Positions 38,452-53,300 of a stretch of 64,000 bases of DNA are shown here, one piece after another. The stretch is from Giardia intestinalis (Eukaryota): assembly GCA_000002435.2 (NCBI GenBank), contig CM018793.1, one strand, 5' to 3'. Position numbers and translations under genes: made by a program. The notes beneath the pieces were generated by a model. The model made no database searches. It saw only the letters and a program-made list of their open reading frames with translations, and was not told where the DNA came from. The first letter of the stretch is position 1. Every line of letters starts with the position of its first letter.

Positions 38452-38476
38452 ATATATTTATTCACATCGGGCTACT

Positions 38477-40006
38477 CTACGTACTGAAATTGTCAGTGTT
38501 AGTCATGCTGTAATCCCTAGAGTTTGTCACTGCATTATCATAAAAGGAGTGCTCTCCATTAAAGCTGTTGAGTGCGTCATCCTTTTTCTTAGCTTTCTTG
38601 CTCCCTGAAATTGGGCACATAAACTCAGCAAAAAGAGCACACACCAAAAGGTGATTAAAGTGCAACATGTCGTATGCTCTAAGCCTCCCTGGATGCCAAA
38701 TCACATAGACTATGCTGGTTAACAAAATTAAGCTCTCCCATATGATGCAGAAGAAAGTAAGATAGTAGACTCTCTTGGCATCTATATACACCTTAGTCCT
38801 GCGCATACAATCCATCATAAGAAACATCATAATTAATGAAACAACATACGTTACCGTAGCAATGGCAGCAAAGACGTAAGAGGACGCTGTGTAGGATTTG
38901 CCCAGAGCGGGATCAATGTGGCAAAGCGTGATAGACGCAGACCCGATTGCTGCAAAGATGGGAGTCACAATAACTGGTATTTTGCCTCTAAAGAATGAAA
39001 GGAGCCTCACTAGCTGCACAAACTCGTTAGGGATAGAAACAAGAAGATGTCTGCACGCCATTAGTAATAGAGTAAGAGATCCCACGATCGAGAGTTGCTC
39101 CAGGGCGGAGTTTGCGATGATGTATTCGAATGTGTCATCAAAGTACTGCAGTAGGGAAAGCGGCGTAAAGGAGAAGAGAGCACAGAGTGACATCCAGATG
39201 GAAAGCTTGGAGAAGAATGGAAACTCTGAGAATCTCCCAGGCCACGATAGGCGAAGCACCCAGGAGATATGAATGAATACCGCGGCCCCGATAGCCATGC
39301 CCACGCAGATGAGAACCACTGAAAGAATGCCGCTTTCTTTGGGTCCGGGAACAACTTCAAAAAAGATAGAACTTACAGCACTGGGGTTAGAGAACAATAA
39401 CGTCGAAACCTCAAGCTTGTAATAGTTCTCGTCAATCCCATCTTTTTTATAAAAGAAAACATTTGATGGCTTGGACTTCGGGCCACGGTTATTCAATTTT
39501 TTAACAAAGAATGTTCTCTTTTCTAGAAGTTCCCATGAATCAGGAGAGTCTTGAGCGTATGACCAACCCATCCATTCGTGTTCGTGCAGATCCCGGTGAG
39601 ACGGAGGAGATGACGGGTCGGTGTCATCATTAGAGGTGCCTCTACTGACCGCCCCAAGGGTTTTCGTCTTGTAGATAAAGTAGGTCATGTTGAGGCTTAT
39701 TTGTTCTGTTAAGTTTAGCTTCATTCGAAAATCAATTTCTCTACTGAACGGAGAAAAGGGGCCGAAGATCATCGAAAAGGGTTTTGCCGGGGTTGGATTG
39801 CTTCTGAAATCTTCGCCAGCACAGAGATACTCGTTGAACGGAACAACATTACGGGGACATAGATCTGGGGATACCGAGTAGAAGAATCCATGATAAAAGG
39901 AGATGGCTATCGTGCCTGCAATTGCACCCAGGCCCAGCAGCAACGCCCCGGCCACCAGGGATGCACATGCACACCGCGAAAGCTTCTCCATCCTCGAAAA
40001 AGTCAT
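38477..40006 (-). CDS. multi-pass membrane protein (N-terminal signal/anchor, ~230-aa luminal domain, ~7 C-terminal TM helices; Lung-7TM-receptor-like topology)
   Basis: ATG verified with 'aattaaaaacttcc' upstream. Hydrophobic N-terminus 'LVAGALLLGLGAIAGTIAISF' and a cluster of seven hydrophobic helices in the C-terminal 270 aa. Family assignment rests on topology only. Confidence 0.4.
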   Translation of the reverse strand: MTFSRMEKLSRCACASLVAGALLLGLGAIAGTIAISFYHGFFYSVSPDLCPRNVVPFNEYLCAGEDFRSNPTPAKPFSMIFGPFSPFSREIDFRMKLNLTEQISLNMTYFIYKTKTLGAVSRGTSNDDTDPSSPPSHRDLHEHEWMGWSYAQDSPDSWELLEKRTFFVKKLNNRGPKSKPSNVFFYKKDGIDENYYKLEVSTLLFSNPSAVSSIFFEVVPGPKESGILSVVLICVGMAIGAAVFIHISWVLRLSWPGRFSEFPFFSKLSIWMSLCALFSFTPLSLLQYFDDTFEYIIANSALEQLSIVGSLTLLLMACRHLLVSIPNEFVQLVRLLSFFRGKIPVIVTPIFAAIGSASITLCHIDPALGKSYTASSYVFAAIATVTYVVSLIMMFLMMDCMRRTKVYIDAKRVYYLTFFCIIWESLILLTSIVYVIWHPGRLRAYDMLHFNHLLVCALFAEFMCPISGSKKAKKKDDALNSFNGEHSFYDNAVTNSRDYSMTNTDNFST

Positions 40007-40085
40007 GGAAGTTTTTAATTATACTTCTGAAAAGACGTGACCCAGTCGAGACAAAAGCAAAAGACAAGACCGAAAGGTAAAGCCA

Positions 40086-41252
40086 TTACAGATTTTTACT
40101 AGTAGGGCAGTTCTTGTAGGGATAATCCACTATGTTTGGCTTGGCGATGGGAAGCTCACAGTATAGAGAGTAGAAGTACTGTGAATAGTCATGGACGACT
40201 GTGCGGTGGGAGAGGCTACGCTCCTTGGCAGTTTTGGTGAATGACGTGCTCAAGTCCAAGAAGCTATCGAACCATCCTTGTTTATCCTCTGTGAGAACAT
40301 AGTGTAACGTTTCCTCGGCCGGAAGATTGTTCGTGTACCCTACTTCTATGGCGCTTTCAGCATACTGCTTACCCACCCGTACAGCACTGTCCATAGCACT
40401 TGTTGCTAAGCTTTCAACCTGTGCCTTTGTGTTGCTGTATGCCATCATTGTTGCATGCGATGTCATATAGTAGACCACGTCACTGAATCTCTCTGCCACG
40501 CTCTGTATGTCGAGAAGCATGTCTATCTCGAGTGCCAAGTCAAATAGACTGAACGACTCTTCAATTGTCGCCAACTCTGTACGAACCCAGAGGGGCTTGA
40601 TTGCCACGGAAATGGGGAGCTTTTGACCAGCCAGGTAAAGCATGCGGATGTAATCTGTATACGCGGTTGGATTGGCCGGTTCCTGGTCAATATGGAGTGT
40701 CCCAATCAGCAGATCTGAATTGGCGTTCTTAAACAATCTGACTGCCTCAGCAATCTGTTCCATGCGCTCATAGTTTTCCAGGTTATCGGGCTCATCATTA
40801 AGATATACCATTGGGTGGGTCGTGATCTTTTTAGCCGTTAGCTTTGCAATCGCAGAGCGGACGGCCTGTGAATGTGGAATTTGCAGATTGGAAAAGTACG
40901 CATCCCATTCCCATTCTGCAGAGCCTATAAAGAGGTAGACCTCTGAGATCCCGTGCTGCTTGCAGAACGCGCAGAGATACGTAATCTCATCATGTTGGTC
41001 CTCTAGTAGAACTTGCCACGCAGGTGTACTCCCAACTTTACTGTCTGTCGTGTGGGACCAGACGTAGAGACCTTTGGAACTGGAGACGTATGTACCAAAA
41101 GACGGCACTACTGGAGGCTTTCCGTCTCCCGTAGACAGCGTGGAGAAAGTTGTCGACGAAGTAAAGATGATCCCTGCTGCTAGTGCACTTAAAACAATTG
41201 CCCCAACCGTAAACCCTATGGCAACTCCTAGGTCCTTGCTTGGTCTGTGCAT
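40086..41252 (-). CDS. type II membrane protein with luminal globular domain (hypothetical)
   Basis: ATG verified. Single N-terminal TM 'LGVAIGFTVGAIVLSALAAGIIF', then a ~340-aa domain of mixed composition. No confident family. Confidence 0.4.
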   Translation of the reverse strand: MHRPSKDLGVAIGFTVGAIVLSALAAGIIFTSSTTFSTLSTGDGKPPVVPSFGTYVSSSKGLYVWSHTTDSKVGSTPAWQVLLEDQHDEITYLCAFCKQHGISEVYLFIGSAEWEWDAYFSNLQIPHSQAVRSAIAKLTAKKITTHPMVYLNDEPDNLENYERMEQIAEAVRLFKNANSDLLIGTLHIDQEPANPTAYTDYIRMLYLAGQKLPISVAIKPLWVRTELATIEESFSLFDLALEIDMLLDIQSVAERFSDVVYYMTSHATMMAYSNTKAQVESLATSAMDSAVRVGKQYAESAIEVGYTNNLPAEETLHYVLTEDKQGWFDSFLDLSTSFTKTAKERSLSHRTVVHDYSQYFYSLYCELPIAKPNIVDYPYKNCPTSKNL

Positions 41253-41381
41253 GGTTTTTTTCGGCCCAGCTTCTCAGATTAAAACTACAGCATCCTACAG
41301 GAACACACTGTAGAGCCGACGACCCAGTTGCGTCTAAAATAAAAGCTGCTGCTTGGATGCTAAAATGTAAAAATTGAATCC

Positions 41382-44300
41382 ATGAAGGCGCTTTCGCTTT
41401 CGCCATCAAAGGTTGAGTTTTTGGGTGTAACCACCGGCCGTGTTTATACCAAAGCAGTGAAGATTATTAATGTATCAAAATCATCGATTAAGGTTCGCAT
41501 GAATGCCCCCACCACAGAGAGCTTTCGCCTTCAAGCAGACGTGGAGGCTAATCTACCTCCCGGGCTCTCTCAAACAATCCACATCTCCTTTTATACAGAG
41601 GACACTGTAGGGTCTGAGTACCACGACTCTGTAGTAATATACTCAATGCACGAACAGCTTGAACTTCCTCTGTTTGCAGAAAAGTGCAGGCCTCACTTGT
41701 TCCCGGACACTTCTCACCTCTCTTTTGGCAATCTAATTCCTGGATACCCCATTACCAAGGACTTGGTGATCACGAATAAGGGAACAGAAGACGGACAGTT
41801 TACTATTAAGATTGATGCGAGTGAAGAGGAGTTTGCCCGAGGGTCTCAGAGCGATATTCCCCCGCTGTCTAAAATCTTGTCCTTCAGCACTATGACCGGG
41901 AGAGTGCCGTGTGGGAAAGCCGTCACTGTGCGTGCGACAATAGTTTGTAACAAAACTGGCGCATACCGCGGAATTGTTCGGCTTATTGATCAGTACAAGA
42001 GCGAAGAACTCATAGATGTTTCGTGTAGCATCATAGAGCCAGGACTGGTATACTATCATTACTTAGACGATCTCTCCAAATCTGAGGCAATTACAAGCAA
42101 ATTTTCCACTACACGGCTATCTACTTTTGAGACCAAGACGTTTGACCCCGACGATCCTCGTTCTAAGCCCCGAACTCTTGTCCCTCTAGACATTTGGAAA
42201 TGCCAGGCAATCTTTCAGGAGGAGACTACCAAAAAGATAGTTGCACAAAATGTCTCACCATATGTCATGAATTATGAGTTTCAAGTGGAAGTTCGGGACA
42301 AAAAGCCACTTTGTGACATCGGGAAGAAAAAGCTTAAGGCAGGTGAAACAGAAGAAACTGTCGCTGCAGCGCAAATGTTGGAGGACATAAGCTTTATACG
42401 CATTGAGCCCTCTGCAGGTGTTCTGCAGCCCGGTGAAAAGGTAGAGATTCAACTCACGTTTGCTCCTCGACTAGACCTAAATCGCATCGAGCGTGTTTGC
42501 AGGTTCATGAGCAATACAACGCTTAGGGAATGGCGACGCATCTTCAGCTTTGTCGCAAAGCAGGGAAAAAATAAGGGAACCACCAATACAGATGATGATT
42601 CAGACCTGGACTCATTTGACACGACTCTAATTGAGAAGATGAGCGATGACGAGCTGAAGCAATTCGGTACCGAGTTCCGCTTCTTCAAGACCAATTTAGA
42701 TAACATAGCATACGTATACGAGGTCAGGACAAAGTGTTCGGCGTCCTCTCTTCATAAGACCTTCACAGATGCAACGTTCTTCAGCGTTAGCGCCATGGCT
42801 ACCCGTCCTCTGGTCTCTATCTCTGATACGGTTATGCACTTTTCGGCCGCGCAGGCCCAGAAGAACTTTTCGGTCAAGAATGTTTCTGTTGAACGCGTGA
42901 AGCTTCGTATTGTTGCACCATCACCATATCACATAGATGATCCCCTGAATCACAACGAGCTAACGACGTTCTTACTCCCTAAGGAGCAACGGATCTTCTA
43001 CTTGTTCTACAATCCAAAGTCCATGACCGCGTTTAATGATTATATGTATCTTTACTTGGGTGAAACAGACTACTATCAGGTTACAGTTTCGCTAGTAACA
43101 AATAAGGACAAGGAAATGACAACAAGGTTGAAGAATGTAAAGGCTGTACTGGACACCGGAAACAAAAGAACAGTAGAAGGCATGGCGTTGGGAGACCGGA
43201 AGCTCCTCAACGCAACAGAGCTTAAGAAATACAAGGAAGAGCAGCGGCTTGCCTGTGACAAAACCTATAATGCCAACAAGTTGAAAATTGCAGGAAAGGC
43301 CAAACAAGAAGGTCGGAGGACTCTTGCCCAAGGGGGGATGGCTGCCGAGTCCAGCAAGTTGTACAATTATAACAGGATGTATCTGGACAAGGATAGCGAT
43401 TCTAGCGAAGAAGATGACGCAAAATATAAGACTATCAGTCAGACTGGAGAGCTGAGTACCTCAGGACTAGCTGGTGCTACAACCAAGCAACCTGGGATGG
43501 AGAGGGCTATGGAGGTATCCAGCTCGGCAGCCAAACCGTCAGCTAAGCTATCTTCGTACAACGATGCACTGGATTTAGGGATGGAGCCGGAATACGGAGA
43601 TAATGACTATGACAGCAACTATTGCAACAAGCGCAAGAAGTCTAGGGTAGCTGAGGAGCTAGATCAGCTAGATAGAGACCATGGAACTACAGTTGTGCTC
43701 CAACCAAAGAAAAGAGCGACGTTGGCAAATGACACAACAGCACCAGTAAAGCTCTTTGGGCCTTCCAACTATGATAATTTAGAGCTCCTAAGAATATCTC
43801 AAGACATCAAGGAGTTATCCACTCGTGAGCTGGCGCTTATTTCAACTGGACCAATGGCCTTTGACTTGGGAACAGTCACCGTTGGAACTAAAGTCGTCAG
43901 GTACTTCAAAATTGCAAACGACTTGAAGAGCTTTATCAAGATTGAGCTCAAGACAACGCAGAGAAGCGTCAATGATGAGAAGCAACGGAAGAGGGAGGTA
44001 GAGCTTGTCGAGGATAGCTCCTCTGAAGATTTCATGCCTGGAGAAACTCTTCCTTCTGACCTCGGGTTCCAGCTAGGTGTGCCAGATATGAAAAAGCTTA
44101 AGCAGCCTCCTGCAACCGTTCCGTTGTCGAGCGCTAGGGCACAATCTGTACCGAACCTGATGGACCGACCGTCTGATGGAGGAACAGATGCTAGAAGCAC
44201 ATTTGTACACCAAATAAGTCCGCTCAAGGCTGCAAAGGTTGAGGTGCAGCCGTACATTCAATACCTTCCCCCGGGATCAATGGCTGGCTTCCCGATTAGT

Positions 44301-47300
44301 ATCAAATTTGTTAATATTACGCCGAATTATGCAGATATCATTAAAATATACATTAACGACAAGGAGTATGGCGTCATTAATCTGACGGCCTCCATAAAGA
44401 AGCCGACGCTTCGGCTCAACATAAAAGCATACACTCAACTCAAGGAGGCCAGGGACCTCATAGAAAAGTATGCCAATTTGTTAATGCGGAGTACGAGCGA
44501 CAGAGGACGCGACGAACGCGAGAGGGATGCTTCAACTCCGATTAGCGCAAGCACAACTCAATTCAAATCTCAGATGATGTCCGATATTATTTACTTTGAG
44601 CTGACACCTGCAAACATATACGACAAGGTTATTCAGAGAAACATTTCCATTATTAATACGGGCACAGCCCCAACAGCATTGGCCTTGGCTGTCGGTGCAG
44701 ACTGTGTCTTTTCACGAAACTGCGTCGCCGGAGGAGACTTCCAGGCGCAGCCACTTTCCATTTCTGGATCGTATAGCAATAGCACTGTCACCGAAGGCCT
44801 CAAGAAGAGCTCCAGCTCTGCATCCATAACTAAGGCTAGCACCGTCGTTCATTCAGCAGTTGACGTATTCGCACTGAGCGAGACTGAAGTCAAAAACTTC
44901 CAGAGCGAAAGTAACAAGTCGGTGCTCCTCACGTGGTGTCCTTCTAATGCAGAGATTACCGCAGGAATCTTAACCATTCAGGCGACTAAGGCCGATATGC
45001 TATATGTGCCAGTAATTGCACATCTTCTGCCTGGCAAGGCCTCCTTTCTCGAGAAGTTCATTGACTATGGTCTTATTAATATCGGAAAGGTCTCACGTGT
45101 CTCTTGCACTATTGCAAACAAAAGCACAGAGATAGAGTGCTACTTTGAGCTTGTAGAAGATGACATAGTCAGTGCGTCAATTACAGAGCCGGGAAGGAAT
45201 CATCTGACGGTTGACGTCACGCGGGGCCGCTTGGGTCCTGGTGAGCGGTTACAGCTCCAGGTCAGCCTTACTACCAGGGTGTTGGGGCCTGTATCGACCA
45301 AGCTTTGCTTCAGAATTATTGGGGGTGAGCAGATAGAGCTGCCTGTCAGAGCACTGGTGGAATCACCGCAAATTATTGTTAGTGAAGCCATTGAGGGCCG
45401 GTCCTCCCTCACAGTCATGCCTTCTCCAAGCATGATATCCATGACAGGAACCGTCTGCTCTTCTCCTGGGAAAAGCGTGACAAAGAGCAGGACAACCTCT
45501 CGGCAATCCAAGCAAAATCCCCATGGGTCTCCTGCAGGCTCCCTTGGTGGAACAAACAGGGTGAAAGTCAAGTGTCAAAACATTTTGCCCGAATCTGATT
45601 CTGAGTCTGAGGACCTAACATTTACGCAGCCTCTTCTTATATCTCCGTCACACATTTCATTCAATGAGGGCGTGACGCAGAGCATACCGACTCTCAAGAA
45701 GTTCAAGGTAACCAATGTAAGCCGAGTTCCGGCAGACCTATTTGTTGATTGCACTCTTTCTCAGTACATAACCCTCGTCTCTGAAATTGGAGTAAGCGAC
45801 TCAGGTGGTGATGCAGGGGTTATTAGTACATTGATTACTAAGAATGACCTATTGGAACGGTTTCGTTTATTAAGTGACACACACATTCTTCAATCTTTTC
45901 AACCGCTGAAAGCATCCCAAGACGTGGAGTACAGTCTATCAACCTACATCAATGAAAACTCTGGTCTTGGAGTCACAGAGTCTCTGTTGCGTGCTCAGAG
46001 CAAACTTGTTGATAGACTTGCACAAAAGCACAATCTTCCCGTCTTTCCTGGCACTAATGATATCGACTATCAGTCATACACTGCATCTCTACTCAACCTA
46101 AATGAGATTCCAGACATTGATGGCAGCGGAAAGCTAAAGCAGCCATCAGAACTCATGGGTGTATCATCGTCAAATGCAGATTACAACCGCGTTATGCACA
46201 TCTATATACCTCCAGGCTCCTCCACCACGCTGATCATGTCCATCCTTGCTTTGGACCAGAAGGCAGCTGTCAATGACTGCGTGTTCTTTTACTTGCTAGG
46301 ACAGACTACATGTAGTGAAATACTATCTGATCCTTCATCCATTTCTGTGCAGAAGTCGGCTCCTTCGATTGGATCCGATGTGGGGGTAAGGCGCGCGTCC
46401 CGCAAATCCTCAGAAATCAACGCGGATGTATTGAAAGAGCTTGACTCCTCCTTCCTTCCTGCCTCCCGCAAGTCTGTTAGGGAGTCTACCGGCAAATCAG
46501 AGTCTACACTGAACACACTGAAGGCTGTTGCGGGCGGTAAAGAGCTTTCAAACGTACTTATCTTGTCATACAGTATTACGCCGGCAGCTATATTCACAAG
46601 CACCTCCCTGGTGAACTTTGGCATTAAAGTCTCCGATTCGTCGTACAAGCAGAGCGTCGCAGTTTATCCCCCCATGTTTAGGGACATCTTCCAGAAGCTT
46701 CTGGCACATACCGGTTTTGGTGGCCCAACGACTGGTTCGGGCGACGAAAGTGCAGCAACATCCCTGGCGGGCACTACCGAGCTTTCTGGGGACCGGTTCC
46801 ATGCTATAGCGCGGGAGCTACCCTTTATTTCACAGATGGCTCTTTCGGGCCTTTACTATCAAGACGTTAATCTTATCAATCAGACTAATAAGGTGATTCT
46901 TTTTGTAGCGCTGGTCACAGACTATAATGATCAGCTGCTATCAACAAAGCTGTATGCCCTCAATCAGCCGTTTGGGAAGATACAACCTTATGACAATGTC
47001 AGCGTTCGTGTCTTCTTTTCTCCTACCAAGGTCGGTGTACACAATGCCAAGTTAAAGGTTTACTACATGGAAGTGGTCACCGGTGACGGTGAAGCATCAA
47101 CTCACTCAGAAGCTGCACCGGCTTCCAGTGAGCAAAAAACATTGGCATTCTCTAATGATATTAGTAATACACCTAGAAATATGAGCCCAGAGATAAGTTT
47201 CTTCTGCAATAAAGGATTTGTGCTCAGCAACTATCTGACAATTCACTTACAGAGCGTCGCGGTTTTCCGCACAATAGCATTCTCGGCCAATCCTGTTATC

Positions 47301-50300
47301 TTCCCTAACACTGCTGTTGGTGTCCCATCTCGTTGCCTATTCTATATCCGCAATCTAGGGTATAAGCATAACGTGAAGCTAACCATTACGTTCCCACCGG
47401 AGCTGTCAAAGATAGCGTTCTGTGTCATTTGGCCCCTTGGAAACATCATCAATCATATGATAAAGACCCTCCCTGTCCTGATAACATTCATAAGCAACAC
47501 TGTGATGAGCTTCTCAAGTCGGTGTGTGATTTCAGATGATACTGGCACCCCGTATAACTTGACAATTGGAGGCAACTGTGCAAATGATCCGTATCTATTA
47601 CGGGAATATCTCCGGGTCAACTCCAAGCGCTTACAGCAATCTACACCTTTGCAAGCACTTGCTCAATCTGCTGCTCTAATGGAACCAAGCGTTGATGCAT
47701 CAGCTGACGGATTTCAGAAAGAGTTCTATGACTTGGTGCCTCGCAGCGTAGACCCGTACTCATTGACAACTCCGGAATTTGGCATCTATCACAGTTATAG
47801 TCAGTTGACGGAAATCTGCAAAGCAGATGAGACAGACCCAATCTTGCGTAAGTATGGGCTAAACAAAAATGTCTTGCTGGCTTTGGAGAGTATCAACTGT
47901 AACACTCTTGTTGAGTTTAGCGAATATAGCAAGGCCCTTGGTCTCGAAGAGGTCTTCCATAACATACAGAATAAGAAAGACGCTTTTCTAGCTGTTGGCG
48001 TGTCTCCGTGGGACGATGAATCCATTGCAAGGGTAAAATCCTTTACTCTGATCAACTACACCTCAAAGAAGCCTGATGCACAGCCCCTAGGAACAGACCG
48101 CAGTGACAAGCAAAGCAGCACCAGAGCGTTGGGCTCTACCAAGGACAAGCAAAAGTCTCTCTTCCAGCACATCAGGCGGATGGTCTTCGGGCCATATGCG
48201 ACCACGGAGTACCCACGCTATTCCAACGCTAACAACCGTCTCGCATTTTACTGGCATTTTATCTTTCGTACTGTAGGGCTGAACTCCGAATCTTGCCTAA
48301 CACCCTACATTCCCTTCATCCCAGATGTTGTGGGTCTTTCTACAGAGAATAACATTACTATCAGCTTCATGATCCAAACCCTCTATTTGCTGCTCAATCT
48401 TCGACTCAATACTAACCTCCCCTTCCCTGCGCAATTCACACAGTCTACTTCAAAGACGTCGCCGTTTCTGTTATGGGCGTGTGGAATCCTGAAGAAGGAT
48501 ATTAGTATCAATCCGAAAACACTTCAGAACCTACCATCTATTAACAAGCTTCGAGTGGAGTTTCTTCATTCGTGTTATGACGACATGCTGACTGCCTTGA
48601 AAATCAATGGCGCCATGCTCAACAACATACCATGCGAGCTGCTCATGGCACGGGAAGACTTTCTCAACTGGTGCAAGTGGTCAATTGCAAAGGTGTCGAG
48701 AAACAGTTACACGAGTGCGCTTGCTGATGTAGTTAATTTAGACCAACAACCACCAGGAGACAAGGATGTTGGAAGACCGCACGAAAAAAGTGCAAAGCTT
48801 CAATCTAGCGTGCACAATAAGATGAAGCACTCAATAGCCCCTGCTGCTTCCGTCCTGCCTACAGATGAATTTGAGCCTCAACTGGTATCGCCCATGATTA
48901 CCCAAACAAGCTCTCTCGTTATTCTCGATATCCTCCGGGCTGTGCACGAGTTTTCACACCGCTCTGCCTGGTACTTTGTGCTAAGCGAGCTTGTCAGGCT
49001 TTTCATTTTGAACACAACCTCAAATGCAAAGGTTCTCGAGGCAAATATCCAAAAGCACAGGGTCTGGGTGAGCAACGAGGCAATTGAGTTTGAACTAAGC
49101 AAGGGCATATTTGACATAAAGTGCCAGAAGGAGTCTATAGCAGATTTCTTCGCCAAATTTGATGCATTTTCCAAAGCCACTAAGCTGAACGAGAACGGAT
49201 GCTTGCTTTATCTCTTCACGTACCACGCGTCCTACATGATACACGGAACCGAATTTCAGGAGATTGTAGTTAATCAAAAGTACACAGCACCAGCCAAGGC
49301 TGATATAAAGGACAAGAAGAACATTGTTACTCGGTCGCAGCTAGCCTTGCAGAAGAGCACAAAAAGAATCGTCCAAGATTCTGCTATTGATACGCTTGCT
49401 GGGACCTGCAAGGAAGAACCCCAGGGGTCATTATCTCCTCGTAGGTCTGCCAGGGGGACGCCGAACTTCTACGTGCTTAAGTCTTCACGGGCTCTGTTCT
49501 CAGGGCTTGAAGTGGGACTTACAATTCTTAGCCACTACCCTTACTGTGATGGAATCCGAAGGCGTGCAGAGGAGCTCATGAACGCCTCTGTTGCTATTGC
49601 AAAATCTTTCTTGGAGCTAGGCATCTCCAACTTCACACCGGACTACATTTTGAATCTAAAGATCAAGATCCCAGAACTCACAGACAGGATGTTTTCTGCG
49701 CTAGAATCTGCAAGATCTGCACTATGGTTGGAGATTGAGCAATTCCTTCGCCTTGAGTTTAATATCAGCCTTTTACCCTCAAGCTTGTACATGACAAGCC
49801 CCTCCTCGACATTTGACTACTCTCACAACGTTGCATACACAAACGCACTAGCGACAAATCATCAGATTCTTGCGACTCTGCTCTACCAGGTTCTGCCGTC
49901 ATATCTTCCATATAAGGCTCTTCGCGTCTTATCCAACTTAGGAGACACAGTCACACAGCCTCTAGAGGTCTCTAATGTTATGAAGTCGTCTTCAATAAAG
50001 TATAAAACCAGCATTCTTTACCCACGGAGTGACGACGTTTCTGCAGGTGGGCCTAGCTGCGAAATAAAGCTGAACACAAGCATGTTGACGATCGAGCCAC
50101 GTATGTCGTCGACTCTCTTCATCAAAATGACGCCCCGCTTCGCAAAGCCCTGTGTGGCGCTGATCGGCCTGAGACCTTCATATGAGGTTTCTTCCCAGAC
50201 CTCTTCAGGCTCCTTCTTGGCACCGTCCTTTGTTGCAGTGGTCATCGAGACAAATGACACCGTCCCTGTGAAGGTTTACGAGGTAGAGTCTAAGTGTCAG

Positions 50301-53300
50301 CAGCAAGCGAAGATTTCTATAGATGTAGACAATAAAAATGGGCTTGAAGCAAACTACAAGATCCGCATTACCGAGAAGTTCGTTGCGCTTGATTCTGCGT
50401 CTTTATCGGCAAGCGTCAAGCCCAAGAAGGTGTTTGGATACATGGAGCCCCTGACCACCCAAGCAGCAAAAACAGTCAACCCAGCTGATAAGAAGGTCCC
50501 CGATACCGTTGTGCAACCGCTCTGTGGTGTGACAGTCTCTCCCATTGCTTTCAAGACCAACGAACGGTCTCTTAACATAAAGCCCAGAGGGCGTCAGGCC
50601 ATGAACCTGTACTATATGCCGACGCATCCAGGAGCGTATATCGCTTCGGTTATATTTGAAGATGCTAATTTGGGCTCGTTTATGTACGAGTTGCGCGGGT
50701 ATAGTATCCTCCCAGATATTTCTCACACGTACAACATCAGCTCTTTGGCCACGGAATCTAGGACTTTCAATATAGATATAAACGACCTACTTGGCCACGA
50801 CCTTGTACACAAGTATGTTAACCATGAGCTAAAACAAGTTGTGGACACCAAGCAAACAGATGATGGTAAACAGGCACAAATGATCCAGCTGACGTCATCT
50901 ATAGACCCTCTTAACAAGGTTTTCACCCTTAAATATGTTAGTAGACCCAACGTTGAACCGGATGTGCACGCCTTCCGCTTTTTGATCGCTACAGACACGT
51001 TCACCAAGCAAGGCCTAATTTATCTTAACTTGCTCAAGCGTCAAGAAGAGATCCAGATGGAGATGATTGTACCGGCGAGGGAGACGGTTTCTCAGAAGTT
51101 GCCCGTTAGGAATACGATGGACAATGACTGCCTTATGAGTGTGACAATTACAAGTCAAGGCCAAAATGCGTTGCAAAGGGCAGGCCGCGGAGGAGCCCAG
51201 AAGCAACAGCTATCTAGCCTTATCAGTTACTTCTGGGTTAACGGCCAGGCAATGACTGATGGGGTGCCATTTACGATGTTGGTACGGCCTCATGACTCTC
51301 CATTCATCTTACTAGAATTCAAGCCTAAGTGGATTGCTCTGTTCAATGCTAAATTAGTGATTGAAAATAGCACTAAGGATCTGCTCGTAGACGAATACCT
51401 CTTGAAGTGCCAGGCAACAGAGCCGCTGACGTCCGGAATCATCAATCTAGAAACTGTCGCCATGGAGCCTGTTGTCTATAAGTTTACTATCAGCAGTCCT
51501 CCACTCCTTGAGACTGGTCAGGCTTCTAATTTGCAGCAGCAGCAAGCCCAGCAACTCACTAGGTATACAGTATACTTACAGGACAAGAAGGCTGTTTTTG
51601 AGCTTTCTCACTCATCTTTCGACCTGGCTCCAGGAACTTCGCAGGTTGTTGAACTTCGTGGCTTTTCTCCATGCTCTGGACAGTCGAAAAACATCCTTTT
51701 CATCCAGAACAATGGGACCAATACCTATGAGTGGTATGAGGTTGTTCTCCATGTGAAGCCACGCGAATGCAGTGGTGTCGTAGAGTTGCAAACGTCGACA
51801 AATCTCAACGCCCGTCACGAGTTCTCTATCACTAACACACGTTCAGACGTTTATGCAAACGTGAATGTTGAGGTTATGAACATTCCGTACTATTTGCTGT
51901 CTTTCAGCCCGTCTATGCAAATTGAGCCGGGAGATACCCAGTCTCTTATCCTGAATGTTAGGCCTACCTGTCGAGGGGTGCTCAAAGGCGTGGTTATCTT
52001 TAATTCTATGGAGCTGGGGGAGTTTTGGTATGAGCTTGTCGTGACTTGTAACGAACTAACTGTGAAGGAAGAGACAATATACTCTTTACTTTCTGCCCAA
52101 GTGAGTAGTAAGATCATGATTGAAAATCCAAATCCCACCACTGCACTAACTTATACAATTGAAAACTCCAACCATAATGCGTTCACCTCCCATCCCAAGT
52201 CATCCTTTATCGTCCAACACAGCAGTCAAGAAATAGTGAAGATTAACTACCGTCCAACAAAAGTCAATCTCCCCGAGATAGGAGAGTTCTATGTCTCTGG
52301 GGTGGATTCAAAGGGTGTTATCCAGAGCGAGTACAAGTACGTCTTTCGCGGAATCGGGCAGATGCCGAAGGAGCAAACAATCACTAAGATCTATGCAAAT
52401 GTGGGGTCGTCCAATGCCGGTGTGGTGACGTTCAAGAATCCCTTCCTTACAAGTTCACTTCTTCGCTTCGAGTACGAGAACTCACCCGATCTCCAATTTA
52501 ATATTCGGCCTGAAATGATTATTCAGCCATTTTGCGATGTGCAGCTTCCGTTTACTTTTACGCCCAAGTCCCTGAAGCTAGTGAAGGCGAAGTTTCTAGT
52601 ACATGTGCAGCAACTTGCCGACACTGAGGCAGGAATAGACACCGCCGAGATTCTTAAGATGGGTGAGGAAACCTTCACAACGCTGCTGAACAAGTCTGAA
52701 GTCTATACTTTTACATATCCGATTGAGGCAACTGCAGAGATAGTTCTAAACGAGACCTTTGCCTTTATGGCGTGCTCCGCCAGGAACAGTGTTTCTGTCA
52801 GTAAGCCAGTACCATTCGATTCTCTTGCGCGCTATTCTGCAGGGGATATGTCATTCTACATTGAACCTATTGATACCCGGACCCTTAAGCCAGACTCGGC
52901 TTTCTACATTGCGCAGAAGTCGATACAGTTCTTTTATCGGCCCAGCGGCTCTATGTCTCCCTCTGGGTCTACTAGGCTGCCCCAGGTTCTGGGAGGGATA
53001 GGTAGTGCGCCGCAGATTTCTCTTTCCTTTACCCCCATGAAACCTTTTGCATGCGACGTTAACATGATAATTTCCATCCGCAATAGTGGACGGTATAAGC
53101 TTCCTCTCCAGCTGGTAGCAAATACTCCAAAGCCAGAAGGGACAATAACAGTCGAGCTGGCCAACAGCAACACTGAGGGCGAATATATTCTCAAGATATG
53201 CAATATTTACAACGTGTACACAGAGTACAAGGCATCATTCAGCCCCACGTCTTCCGAGCGTTTTTCTGTTTCTCCGTCGTCGGGGATACTCGAGCCAGCA

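Noticed and set aside
42255-52141. Numerous 60-150-aa ORFs on either strand inside the 12-kb giant gene and other long genes
   Set aside because: They are fully nested in or antisense to long, motif-bearing ORFs. None has an independent AT-rich initiator or recognisable domain.
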